Below are positions 27,903 to 36,771 of a stretch of DNA of 64,000 bases, piece by piece. A program made the position numbers and the translations under genes. The notes under the pieces were generated by a model. That model was given only the letters and a program-made list of their open reading frames with translations. It did not search any database and had not been told where the DNA came from. Every line of letters starts with the position of its first letter. Position 1 is the stretch's first letter. This DNA comes from an uncultured Chloroflexia bacterium (lineage in GTDB: Bacteria; Chloroflexota; Limnocylindria; Limnocylindrales; CSP1-4): NCBI GenBank assembly GCA_963813335.1, contig CAWEYL010000002.1, positions 1-64,000 on the forward strand, written 5' to 3'.

Positions 27903-29498
27903 GTGCGTACACCCCTACTGCTGTACGGGCTCGCCCTCGCCGTCCGGGCCGTGCTCATCTGGCACTTCCCGGCACCGGCGTATCCCGATTCGTCCTACTA
28001 CGTGGACGTGGCCCGGTCGCTCCAGTCGGGCAGCGGGTTCAACGTCGACTTCATCTGGATCTTCGCCGAGGTCGGCGGCAAGATCCCGGCCTACCCGACC
28101 CTGCCGATCCCATCGAACGCCCACTGGATGCCGCTGGCGTCGATGGTCCAGGTGCCGTTCCTGGCGGTCTTCGGCAACGTCGCCTGGGCCTCGGCGGCGC
28201 CGTTCGCGCTGCTCGGCTCGCTGGCTGCCCCGCTGACCTGGGCGATCGCGCGCGACGCGGGCTCGCGGGCCATCGTCGCCGTCGGCGCGGGGATCCTCGT
28301 GGCCGTCCCGCTGCTGTCGGCCGTCTACCTCGTCCAGCCGGACAACTTCTCCCTCTACCAGCCGCTGGTCGCGGGCGCGCTCTGGATGGGGGCGCGCGGC
28401 CTGCGGGGCTCGCCGCGATCGTTCGCGCTGGCGGGGCTGCTGGCCGGCCTCGCGACCCTGTCGCGCAACGACGGCCTCCTCGTCCTGGCCGCCCTCGGCC
28501 TGGCGGTCGCCTGGGACCGCTGGCGCGCGTGGCGGTCCGCGGGCTCGCGGATCCCGGCGATCCCGCTCTGGTCCGCGCTGGCCTGCGTCGGGCTGTTCGC
28601 GCTGGTGATGGCGCCCTGGTGGGCCCGCCAGCTGGCGGTGTTCGGGTCGCTCTCGCCGTCGACGGCCTCGGGCAAGGTCCTGTTCATCCGCGACATCGGC
28701 GAGTGGAACAGCATCACGACGCCGGCCGACCTCGGGCACCTCCTCGGGATGGGCATCGGGCCGCTGATCGTCAGCCGTGTCGGTGGGCTCATCGCGGCGG
28801 TCATGATCTTCACGACCCTCGTCGCCGGATTCGTCCTGGCGCCGTTCATGGTCGTCGGCGGCTGGCTGCGCCGGCGCTCGGTGGACTTCGGGCCGTTCTT
28901 CGCCTACGCGGCCATCCTGTTCGCGTTCTCCGCCATCGTCTCGGCCGTCCATGTCCCCGGCGGGACCTTCATCCATTCGGCCATCGCGCTCGCGCCGCAC
29001 GCCTACATCCTGGCGCTCGAGGGGATCGTGGCGGCCGTCGCCTGGATCGCCCGGCGCCGGCCGGCCTGGGACGCGGACCAGGCGTCGCGCATCTTCGTCG
29101 GGGCGGCAGTCGGGTTCGCCCTGGTCCTGACGGTCACCGGGACGCTGGTCGTACACGCCAACTGGGCGGGCCGCCAGGCGCGCTTCGAGACCGTGGCCGG
29201 GGCGCTCCAGCAGGCCGGCGCCGCGGCGACCGATCGCGTGATGTCCATCGACGCGTCGGGCACCAAGTACTGGACCGGCCTCGGCGGCGTGGTGCTGGTC
29301 AACGACCCGCTCGACACCATCGAGGAGGTCGCCCGAGCCTACGACATCCGCTGGCTCGTGCTCGATCGCAGCGATTCGGTGGCGGCCGTGCAGCCCATCC
29401 TGGACGGCCAGCGGCCGGCCTGGGTCGGGCCGCCGGTCATGACCGAGGGCGATCCGGTCCGGCTGGCGGTCTACCCGCTCGACCTGGCCGCCTCATGA
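27903..29498 (+). CDS. ArnT/PMT-like (GT39/GT83-type) GT-C glycosyltransferase
   Basis: PDSSYYVDVARSL, HWMPL, LSRNDG and PWWARQ; multi-TM. Confidence 0.75.
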   Translation: MRTPLLLYGLALAVRAVLIWHFPAPAYPDSSYYVDVARSLQSGSGFNVDFIWIFAEVGGKIPAYPTLPIPSNAHWMPLASMVQVPFLAVFGNVAWASAAPFALLGSLAAPLTWAIARDAGSRAIVAVGAGILVAVPLLSAVYLVQPDNFSLYQPLVAGALWMGARGLRGSPRSFALAGLLAGLATLSRNDGLLVLAALGLAVAWDRWRAWRSAGSRIPAIPLWSALACVGLFALVMAPWWARQLAVFGSLSPSTASGKVLFIRDIGEWNSITTPADLGHLLGMGIGPLIVSRVGGLIAAVMIFTTLVAGFVLAPFMVVGGWLRRRSVDFGPFFAYAAILFAFSAIVSAVHVPGGTFIHSAIALAPHAYILALEGIVAAVAWIARRRPAWDADQASRIFVGAAVGFALVLTVTGTLVVHANWAGRQARFETVAGALQQAGAAATDRVMSIDASGTKYWTGLGGVVLVNDPLDTIEEVARAYDIRWLVLDRSDSVAAVQPILDGQRPAWVGPPVMTEGDPVRLAVYPLDLAAS

Positions 29499-31129
29499 CC
29501 CGTCGCGAAGCGGTCCTGTCCGCGCTGCTGGTCTTCGCGGTGGCGTTCGTCGTACGCGCGGTCTTCGCGTCGCAGATCGTCTTCCCGAAGCCAGAGGACA
29601 CGGCCTATTACGTCGGCGTCGCACGCAACCTGATCGAGGGCCACGGCCTCGTCTCCGACGCGCTGTGGAGCTACGGGACGCCGCCGCTGGTCTTCCCCCG
29701 CCCGGCCTTCGAGGTCTGGCTCCCGCTCCCGACGTTCCTGGCGGCGATCGCGATGGCGATCGGCGGGGCTACCTTCGCCGCCGCCCAGTGGTCGTCGGTC
29801 GTCGTCGGCTCGCTCGTCGCGGTCCTCGCCTGGCGCCTCGCCGCGGACGTGGCCGTCGAGCGCGGCCTGCCCGCCGGCCGGGCCCGCACCCTCGCCCTCG
29901 GCAGCGGCCTCACGGCCGCGGTCTACCTCCCGCTCCTGCTCCATTCGGCGCTGCCCGATTCGACCATGCCGTTCGCCGCGCTGGCGCTCGGGGCGTGCCT
30001 GCTGATGACCCGCATCGCCCGCGACCCGCGCGGCGCCCGGTTGACGGACCCGCGGCTCATCGGCCTCGGCGTCCTCATCGGCATCGCCGCGCTGACGCGC
30101 AATGAGGCGCTCTGGATCGGGCTGGCGTGGGCCATCGTCGCCGCCGGGATCGGCGGCCTCGAGCGGGCCGCCCGGGTCCGCCTCATCGCCGCGGCCGGCG
30201 TCGTGGCGCTGCTGGTGTTCGCGCCATGGGCCTGGCGCGACTGGCTGGTCTTCGGGAGCCCACTCCCGGGCCAGGCGGCGACCAACGCGCTGTCCGTGAC
30301 CGGCTTCGACATCTTCGCCTGGAACGACCCGCCGACGCTCGCCCGCTACCTGGCGGTCGGCCCAGCCAGACTCGTCGAGATGCGGGTGGAGGGGATCGCC
30401 CACAACCTGTTCGACGTCCTGCTCCTGCCGGGCCTGCCGCTCTCGATCGTCGGATTCCTCGCGCTGCCGTGGCAGGGACGCGGCGCCGCGCTGCGACCGG
30501 TGCTGCTGCTGACGGTCATCACCTTCCTGTTCACGAGCCTGGTCTTCCCCGTCGCAACCACCTGGGGGACCTTCCTCCACGCCGCGGGCCCCGCACACGT
30601 CCTCCTGATCGTCTCGGCGCTGCTCGCGCTCGACGCGGGGATCGCCCGGCTGGGGGTCCGGCTGGGATGGACGCGGCCGGTCGCCTGGCTCGGCGCGCTG
30701 CTGGGGATCTTCGGGTCCGCCCTGTTCTCGATCGTGCTGCTCCCGTCGTTCGGCGACGGGTCGCGCACGACGGCGGCCCTCTACGACGAGCTCGGCACGC
30801 GGATGGCCGCGGTCGGGCACCCGCTGGACGCGACCGCCGGCCCGGTCATCACGAACTTCCCGATCTGGCTGGCCGAGAGCCAGGGCATCCCGGCCCTCGC
30901 CCTGCCCGACGAGCCGCCGGTCGACGTGCTCGACCTGGCCCACGATCCGGCATTCCCGGGGACGCATCTCCTCGTGGTCGTCGGCGCCAGCCACGGCCAG
31001 TGGCCGGCGGTCCTGGACACCGCCACCGAGGGCGCCGACTGCTTCCGCGAGATCGACCTGGGTCCCGGGCCGGCCGACCGGACGGACCCACTCAAGGACG
31101 TCCGGGCCTTCGAGGTCGTCTGTCCATGA
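29495..31129 (+). CDS. ArnT/PMT-like GT-C glycosyltransferase (tandem paralog)
   Basis: EDTAYYVGVARNL, VWLPL, LTRNEA and PWAWRD. Confidence 0.75.
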   Translation: MTRREAVLSALLVFAVAFVVRAVFASQIVFPKPEDTAYYVGVARNLIEGHGLVSDALWSYGTPPLVFPRPAFEVWLPLPTFLAAIAMAIGGATFAAAQWSSVVVGSLVAVLAWRLAADVAVERGLPAGRARTLALGSGLTAAVYLPLLLHSALPDSTMPFAALALGACLLMTRIARDPRGARLTDPRLIGLGVLIGIAALTRNEALWIGLAWAIVAAGIGGLERAARVRLIAAAGVVALLVFAPWAWRDWLVFGSPLPGQAATNALSVTGFDIFAWNDPPTLARYLAVGPARLVEMRVEGIAHNLFDVLLLPGLPLSIVGFLALPWQGRGAALRPVLLLTVITFLFTSLVFPVATTWGTFLHAAGPAHVLLIVSALLALDAGIARLGVRLGWTRPVAWLGALLGIFGSALFSIVLLPSFGDGSRTTAALYDELGTRMAAVGHPLDATAGPVITNFPIWLAESQGIPALALPDEPPVDVLDLAHDPAFPGTHLLVVVGASHGQWPAVLDTATEGADCFREIDLGPGPADRTDPLKDVRAFEVVCP

Positions 31130-31155
31130 GAGACGACCCCTATACTCAGAAGTCC

Positions 31156-32283
31156 ATGGAGGCAGCACGCTCCGAGGCGCATGCCGGCGGTGACCGCTTC
31201 GACGGTCTCCACGAGGAGGCGACCGCCGCGGTCGACGGGGGCGCGACCTCGCTGCGGCGCATCCGGGAGCGCTACCGGGAGGCGTACGACGAGAAGCTCG
31301 CGCGCTGGCAGACCCTTCGCGACGACCTGGAGCGGCTCGAGGGCGAGTCGGACGCCGGCGGGTCCGTCGTCGGCCCCGTCGCGGGCGCGGACGACATGAG
31401 CGCCGGGACCGCCGAGGCGCCGGTCGGGATCGACCAGGCCCGCACCCGCGCCATGCACCGCGACGTCGACCAGCTGGTCGTGGAGCTGGCCGAGCACCAG
31501 GCCGAGCTCGGGCGCCTCGAGCTCGCGCAGCGCACCCTCGAGCGGACCTGGCTCTTCCTCGAGCACCGGGACGCCACGCTCGTGGCCGAGGCGGGCGAGC
31601 CCGCGACGACGGACGACATCGCGATGCGCATCGTCGAGTCGGAGGAGGCTGAGCGTTCGCGGCTCGCCCAGGAGATCCACGACGGGCCGGCCCAGAGCCT
31701 GTCGAACGCCATCTTCCAGGTGGAGTACATCGAGCGGGTCCTCGCGACCGACCCGCTCCTCGCCGGCACGGAGCTCCGCCACCTGCGCGTGCTGCTCCGG
31801 CGCGAGCTCGGCGACATGCGCGCGTTCATCAGCCAGCTGCGCCCGCCGCTCCTCGACGAGGTCGGCCTCGACGCCGCCATCGTCGACGCGGTGGAGCACG
31901 CGCGGACCATCACCGGGCTGACCATCACCACCTGGCTGGACGGCTCGGCCGACGGGCTGAGCGCATCGGCGAGGACGGTCGTGCTGCGCGTCGTCCAGGA
32001 AGCACTCCAGAATGTCCGCAAGCACGCCTCGGCGGCGAATGTGACGGTCTCCACCTCGGTGGGCGCCGACGGGTTCGTCCTCGAGGTCCGCGACGACGGT
32101 CGCGGGTTCGACAGCGAGGCGGCGGCCGCCCAGGGCCGCCGTCACTTCGGTCTTCAGTTCATGCACGAGCGAGCCGAGCTGATCGGCGCTCGATTGGACG
32201 TACGATCGCGACCGGACGGCGGCACCGTCGTCCGGCTCACGATCCCCATCGATGGCGCGACGGGAGCAGAGGAGAGCAGATGA
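31156..32283 (+). CDS. DegS-like cytoplasmic histidine kinase (HisKA_3 + HATPase)
   Basis: ERSRLAQEIHDGPAQ, QEALQNVRKH, DDGRGF and FGLQFMHER; coiled-coil N-terminus. Alternative start at 31126. Confidence 0.88.
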   Translation: MEAARSEAHAGGDRFDGLHEEATAAVDGGATSLRRIRERYREAYDEKLARWQTLRDDLERLEGESDAGGSVVGPVAGADDMSAGTAEAPVGIDQARTRAMHRDVDQLVVELAEHQAELGRLELAQRTLERTWLFLEHRDATLVAEAGEPATTDDIAMRIVESEEAERSRLAQEIHDGPAQSLSNAIFQVEYIERVLATDPLLAGTELRHLRVLLRRELGDMRAFISQLRPPLLDEVGLDAAIVDAVEHARTITGLTITTWLDGSADGLSASARTVVLRVVQEALQNVRKHASAANVTVSTSVGADGFVLEVRDDGRGFDSEAAAAQGRRHFGLQFMHERAELIGARLDVRSRPDGGTVVRLTIPIDGATGAEESR

Positions 32284-33026
32284 GCGGTAACGACTACGGC
32301 GGGCCCGAACGGCGACGTGGGGGTCCGGATCGCCGGAACATCGGTGAGCGGACACGGATCCTCATCGTCGACGACCACGCCCTCTTCCGGGTGGGGATCG
32401 CCAACATCCTGGGCCGGGAACCGGACCTCGAGATCGTCGGCGAGGCCGACGATTCCCGGAGCGCCGTCGATCGCGCACTGGAGACGTCGCCCGACGTCGT
32501 GCTGATGGACCTCTCGCTGCCCGCCCCGGGCGGCATCGAGACCACCCAGCGGATCAAGCGCGAGCTCCCCTCGACGGCCATCATCGTGCTCGCCGTCAGC
32601 GAGGACGAGGACGCGCTCTTCGACGCCATCAAGGCCGGGGCCGCCGCGTTCATCCTCAAGGACGTCGGACCGGACGACCTGGTCACCATCATCCGGCGCG
32701 TCGTGGCCGGCGAGTACCTCATCAACGACAAGGTCTTCGCGAAGCCGGCCGTGGCGTCGCGCGTGCTCAAGGAGTTCCGCGAGCTGGCCGTCTACGGCCA
32801 GGACGCGGCGCCGATCTTCGCGCCCCTCTCCCCGCGGGAGGTGGAGATCCTCGACAACATCGCCCAGGGCATGACCAACAAGCAGGTCGCCTACGCCCTG
32901 TCGATCAGCGAGCAGACCGTGAAGAACCACATGAGCTCGATCCTGCGCAAACTGTCCGTGAACGACCGGACCCAGGCCGTGGTCTACGCCATGCGCCAGG
33001 GCTGGATCCGGATGCCGGAGGACTGA
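32280..33026 (+). CDS. NarL/DegU-family response regulator with N-terminal Arg-rich extension
   Basis: VDDH, LMDL and LuxR HTH LSPREVEIL...TVKNHMSSILRKL. Confidence 0.92.
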   Translation: MSGNDYGGPERRRGGPDRRNIGERTRILIVDDHALFRVGIANILGREPDLEIVGEADDSRSAVDRALETSPDVVLMDLSLPAPGGIETTQRIKRELPSTAIIVLAVSEDEDALFDAIKAGAAAFILKDVGPDDLVTIIRRVVAGEYLINDKVFAKPAVASRVLKEFRELAVYGQDAAPIFAPLSPREVEILDNIAQGMTNKQVAYALSISEQTVKNHMSSILRKLSVNDRTQAVVYAMRQGWIRMPED

Positions 33027-33064
33027 TCCATCGCGACCCCAGCGACGCCCGCGCGCCAGCATCG

Positions 33065-34252
33065 ATGACCGACGCACCCGCCACCACGCCGTCCACCGCC
33101 CCGGCGAGCCTCGCGGAGCTGACCGCCCGGCTCGCGGAGGAGGTGGCGCGCCTTGAGCGCGAGCTCGAGGAGGTGGACCTGCTGGTGACCCAGGCGAAGG
33201 CGGAGGCCGCCCGGCATGAGTCCCGGCGCAGCGCCGCGTCGGACAAGCTCACCGCGCTGACCAAGGACGCCCAGACCGACGAGGTGACCGAGCTGAGCGT
33301 CCAGCTCGTCACGCTGACCAAACGGGCGGCGCTGATGGAGTCGCAGGTCGAGGTCCTCGAGGGCAAGCGCGGAGCGATGGCGCGCCACCGCGACACCATG
33401 GCGGCCTACGCCGAGATGGCCGCCGGGGTCGACCCGGCCGGTCAGACGTCACCCGCGGTGCCGCGGGGCACCGCATCCGGGCCCTCGCCGGAGGGCGAAG
33501 CGGTGCCGAAGATGCTGCTGTCGGCCCAGGAGGACCTGCGTCGGGAGCTGGCCAGGGCGATGCACGACGGCCCCGCCCAGAGCCTCACCAACATCGTCCT
33601 GCAGGCCCAGATCGCCGAGCGGCTGGTGGGCAAGGATCCGGCCCTGGCCCAGGTCGAGATCCGGCAGCTGGTCAACATGGTGCAGCAGACGCTGGAGGCC
33701 ACCAAGACCTTCATCTTCGACGTCCGGCCGATGGTGCTCGACGATCTCGGGCTCGTGCCGACCCTCCGCCGCGCGACCCGCGAGCGGGGCAAGCGGGCCG
33801 GCCTGACGGTCGACTTCGAGACCCTCGGGCAGGACCGGCGCCTGCCGATGGAGATGGAGAGCGGGCTGTTCCGCATCCTCGACGAAGCCCTGGTCGCCTA
33901 TCTCGAGCGGGCGCCCGACCAGGTGTCCATGCAGCTCGACTGGAGTGAGGTCCTGGTGGCCAGGGTGCACGCCACACGCACGCCGAAGGCCGGACCGGCG
34001 GTCGAAGCCGAGGCCGCGGTGCCGAGCAGCGCCGACCTGCCGCCGGCCCTGGCGGCGATGGTCGAGGACCGCCGAGCGGCCGCCCGCGACGCCGTCGAGA
34101 CCGCCCGGCGCGAATCGATCGTCAGCCTCCCGCCGACGGCGTGGCGCGAGATCCAGAGTCGAGCGGCGACGATCGGCGTCACGGCCGAGCTGCTGTCCGA
34201 GGGGTCGGAGCTGCAGATCGTCGCGCAGCTGCCGGCGGCCGCGGACGGTTGA
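33065..34252 (+). CDS. DegS-like protein with intact H-box and degenerate ATPase domain
   Basis: ELARAMHDGPAQSL is present; N, G1 and G2 boxes are not recognisable. Confidence 0.75.
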   Translation: MTDAPATTPSTAPASLAELTARLAEEVARLERELEEVDLLVTQAKAEAARHESRRSAASDKLTALTKDAQTDEVTELSVQLVTLTKRAALMESQVEVLEGKRGAMARHRDTMAAYAEMAAGVDPAGQTSPAVPRGTASGPSPEGEAVPKMLLSAQEDLRRELARAMHDGPAQSLTNIVLQAQIAERLVGKDPALAQVEIRQLVNMVQQTLEATKTFIFDVRPMVLDDLGLVPTLRRATRERGKRAGLTVDFETLGQDRRLPMEMESGLFRILDEALVAYLERAPDQVSMQLDWSEVLVARVHATRTPKAGPAVEAEAAVPSSADLPPALAAMVEDRRAAARDAVETARRESIVSLPPTAWREIQSRAATIGVTAELLSEGSELQIVAQLPAAADG

Positions 34253-34253
34253 C

Positions 34254-34415
34254 GTGCGCGACCGCGCACGAGCCGGCCAGGGACTCGTCGAATACGGGCT
34301 GATCCTCGCCCTGACGACCGCCTTCACGGTCATCATCCTGGGCCTGTTCGGCGGGACCGTCGCCGATGTGCTGGCGGCGATCGGCGCCGCCATCGACGCG
34401 GCGGGCGGCAGCTGA
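34254..34415 (+). CDS. divergent Flp-like pilin 1
   Basis: MRDRARAG|QGLVEYGLILAL...; GTG 34254. Confidence 0.7.
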   Translation: MRDRARAGQGLVEYGLILALTTAFTVIILGLFGGTVADVLAAIGAAIDAAGGS

Positions 34416-34545
34416 CCCCTCGTCGGGGTATGACTGGAGTCATGGCCACGCCCGTACCATCGTGCTAATGCGTTCCTGGGGCGCCATCCATATATTGGCG
34501 CAGCCCTCGACTGCGGGGGTGAGTACTCATCCAGGAGGCAGCCAC

Positions 34546-34716
34546 ATGGCGCTCTTCACTTCGTTCCTCGCCTCGCTTCGTCGGGACGAGGAGGGCCAGG
34601 GTCTCGCGGAGTACGCGCTGATCCTCGCGCTCATCGCGATCGTCGCGATCGTCGCCCTCATCTTCCTGGGCGGCCAGGTCAGCACCATCCTGAGCACGGT
34701 CGGCGACTCGATCTAG
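34546..34716 (+). CDS. flp: Flp/Fap pilin 2
   Basis: EEG|QGLAEYALILALIAIV; AGGAGG SD. Confidence 0.9.
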   Translation: MALFTSFLASLRRDEEGQGLAEYALILALIAIVAIVALIFLGGQVSTILSTVGDSI

Positions 34717-34739
34717 TCGCCGTTCCGAACGGACAGATC

Positions 34740-34775
34740 AAGGGCCGCTGGACCTCTCGAGGCCCGGCGGCCCTT
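34740..34775 (+). terminator. stem-loop after pilin 2
   Basis: AAGGGCCGCTGG / CCGGCGGCCCTT; weak U-tract. Confidence 0.55.
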
Positions 34776-34813
34776 CGCTCGTTCGGGCCCGCGGCGACCG
34801 GATCCCGGCACGC

Positions 34814-34842
34814 TTGACAGCGTTCGGACCGGCCCGTACCGT
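34814..34842 (+). promoter_or_regulatory. sigma70 promoter for pilin 3
   Basis: TTGACA-N17-TACCGT. Confidence 0.7.
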
Positions 34843-34899
34843 GGCCCGTCCCGTGGCCGAAGTCCACGGAGATTTGTCGGAAAGGAGGTACCAAAACTC

Positions 34900-35067
34900 A
34901 TGTCCCAGCTGATTGCTCTCATCTCGTCCTTCCGACGCGACGAAGGCCAGGGTCTCGCGGAGTACGCGCTGATCCTCGCCCTCATCGCGATCGTCGCCAT
35001 CGTCGCCCTGATCTTCCTCGGCGGCCAGGTCAGCACCATCCTGAGCACGGTCGGCGACTCGATCTAG
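34900..35067 (+). CDS. flp: Flp/Fap pilin 3 (55 aa, not in ORF track)
   Basis: AAAGGAGGT SD; MSQLIALISSFRRDEG|QGLAEY...STVGDSI. Mature part identical to pilin 2. Confidence 0.9.
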   Translation: MSQLIALISSFRRDEGQGLAEYALILALIAIVAIVALIFLGGQVSTILSTVGDSI

Positions 35068-35100
35068 TCGACGTCCCGCGTTCGGAACCTAGCGTTTCGA

Positions 35101-35135
35101 CAGGCCGCCGGTGCCCTCCAAGGCCCGGCGGCCTG
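35101..35135 (+). terminator. stem-loop after pilin 3
   Basis: CAGGCCGCCGG / CCGGCGGCCTG. Confidence 0.55.
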
Positions 35136-35188
35136 TGCACTTCCGGCAAGGATGGTGCCCACACGCACGCACCATCACCAACGGGCTA

Positions 35189-35216
35189 TTGACACTCCGA
35201 GGGCCCGACCTAGCGT
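35189..35216 (+). promoter_or_regulatory. sigma70 promoter for pilin 4
   Basis: TTGACA-N16-TAGCGT. Confidence 0.65.
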
Positions 35217-35282
35217 TGGGCTCACCGGTCAGACACCGGCGCCTGTACATGTACGAGCCTCGAGGAAAGGAGGTGAACCACG

Positions 35283-35477
35283 ATGACCGCGCTCACGCGC
35301 CTGGTCGCTCGCGTCCGACATGCATTCGATCACGCCGACGGCCAGGGACTCGCTGAATACGCTCTTATCCTTGCTCTTATCGCCATCGTCGCCATCGCGG
35401 CATTGCTCTTCATGGGCAGCCAGGTCAGCGACAAGCTCAGCGTCATCGGGAGCACGCTGGATTCGGTCACGCCGTAG
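35283..35477 (+). CDS. flp: Flp/Fap pilin 4
   Basis: ADG|QGLAEYALILALIAIV; AAAGGAGGTG SD. Confidence 0.9.
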   Translation: MTALTRLVARVRHAFDHADGQGLAEYALILALIAIVAIAALLFMGSQVSDKLSVIGSTLDSVTP

Positions 35478-35502
35478 TCCGGCTCCTCCACCAAGCTGAT
35501 CC

Positions 35503-35537
35503 GAGCCCGCCGGACCCCCGGGTCCGACGGGCTCTTT
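35503..35537 (+). terminator. terminator after pilin 4
   Basis: GAGCCCGCCGGACCC / GGGTCCGACGGGCTC followed by TTT. Confidence 0.6.
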
Positions 35538-35734
35538 CGCTGCCCGGCGGGACGCCGACCGTCCGGCCGTCGGCCCGCCGACACATCCGGAGCGAACCTT
35601 GCAGGCAACCTTGCGTCGTGCGTGGAATCCTGCCGTTTCCTCCTAATGGTCCTAGCCCTTTGGTATAGTCGCGCCGCCTTCAGCCACTGCTACAGTGTTG
35701 CCACCTGTCACACCGCCTTCGGGGAGAATCGACT

Positions 35735-36625
35735 TTGAAGCGCTCTAATCGGCTGGTCCTGCTCGTGGGGGTCTTCCTCGCGATCGTGGCGTTCGTCGGC
35801 ATCCTGTTGCTCGTCCGTAACAACGGCGACACGACGGTCAAGCCACCGACGGAGGGCTCCGTCGTCGTCGCGATCGCGGACATCCCCCTGTCCGGGAAGA
35901 TCAAGGCCACGGACGTCGAGAACCGCACCATGGAACTGACCAAGATCCTGCCCGGGGCGTTCACGGACGTCTCGCAGGTCATCGGCCAGACCGCGCGACA
36001 GCCCGTCGCCATCGGCGCCCAGGTCACCGCGGATACCCTCAGCGGTGGGGCCCAGGGCTCGGTGCTCAACGTGGTGACGCCGCCCGGGATGCGCTCCATC
36101 TCGGTCCAGGTCGACCAGGTCACCGGCGTCGGCACGGTCATCAAGACCGGCGACTACGTCGACATGGTCGTGGGCCTGAGCGGCGACAAGTTCCCGGTCA
36201 TCAAGGTCAATCCGGCCGATAACTCCCTCACCGTCGTCAGCGGCATCAACAGCACCAGCGTCAAGGTCCTGATCCAGGGGATGCAGGTCCTGGGCACGCT
36301 GCTGCCGACACCGGATACGACCGCCCCGGCCGACAACAGCGGCGGCAACAGCGGCAACCCGTCCGAGCCCGGCACGACCCTCAATGGCCAGCAGGAGATC
36401 GTCATCCTCGCGGTGACCGTCCAGCAGGCCGAGCTCATCAAGTTCGCCCAGGTGGATGGCTCCATCTCCCTGGCCCTCCGCTCCCCCGACGACTTCATCG
36501 ACCCGACGACCGGCGAGCCGATCACACCGATCCCCACCGAGACCTCGGGCGTCATCCTCAAGACCCTCGTCGACACGTACAACGTGCTGCCGCCGGAGGT
36601 CGTGGAGACCGTCACGCCGAAGTGA
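35735..36625 (+). CDS. cpaB: Flp pilus assembly protein CpaB/RcpC
   Basis: N-terminal TM, SAF domain, GMRSISV and GDYVD. Extended -10 TGGTATAGT at 35661-35669. Confidence 0.85.
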   Translation: MKRSNRLVLLVGVFLAIVAFVGILLLVRNNGDTTVKPPTEGSVVVAIADIPLSGKIKATDVENRTMELTKILPGAFTDVSQVIGQTARQPVAIGAQVTADTLSGGAQGSVLNVVTPPGMRSISVQVDQVTGVGTVIKTGDYVDMVVGLSGDKFPVIKVNPADNSLTVVSGINSTSVKVLIQGMQVLGTLLPTPDTTAPADNSGGNSGNPSEPGTTLNGQQEIVILAVTVQQAELIKFAQVDGSISLALRSPDDFIDPTTGEPITPIPTETSGVILKTLVDTYNVLPPEVVETVTPK

Positions 36626-36771
36626 CCCCGTAGCTCGACCGCGGCCACCACGGCCGCGGTCGGACAGGCCCTGGCGCGACGGGCGCGACGACCCAACGGT
36701 CCCGCGCTCGTCGTAGTCCCGGCCTCGAACCAGACCCACCCATCCAGGCTGACCCTTCAGACCAGAGCGAG

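Noticed and set aside
34594-35070. Near-identical pilin copies as a DGR template/variable repeat
   Set aside because: The differences are synonymous G/C swaps, not adenine-specific, and no reverse transcriptase is in the window.
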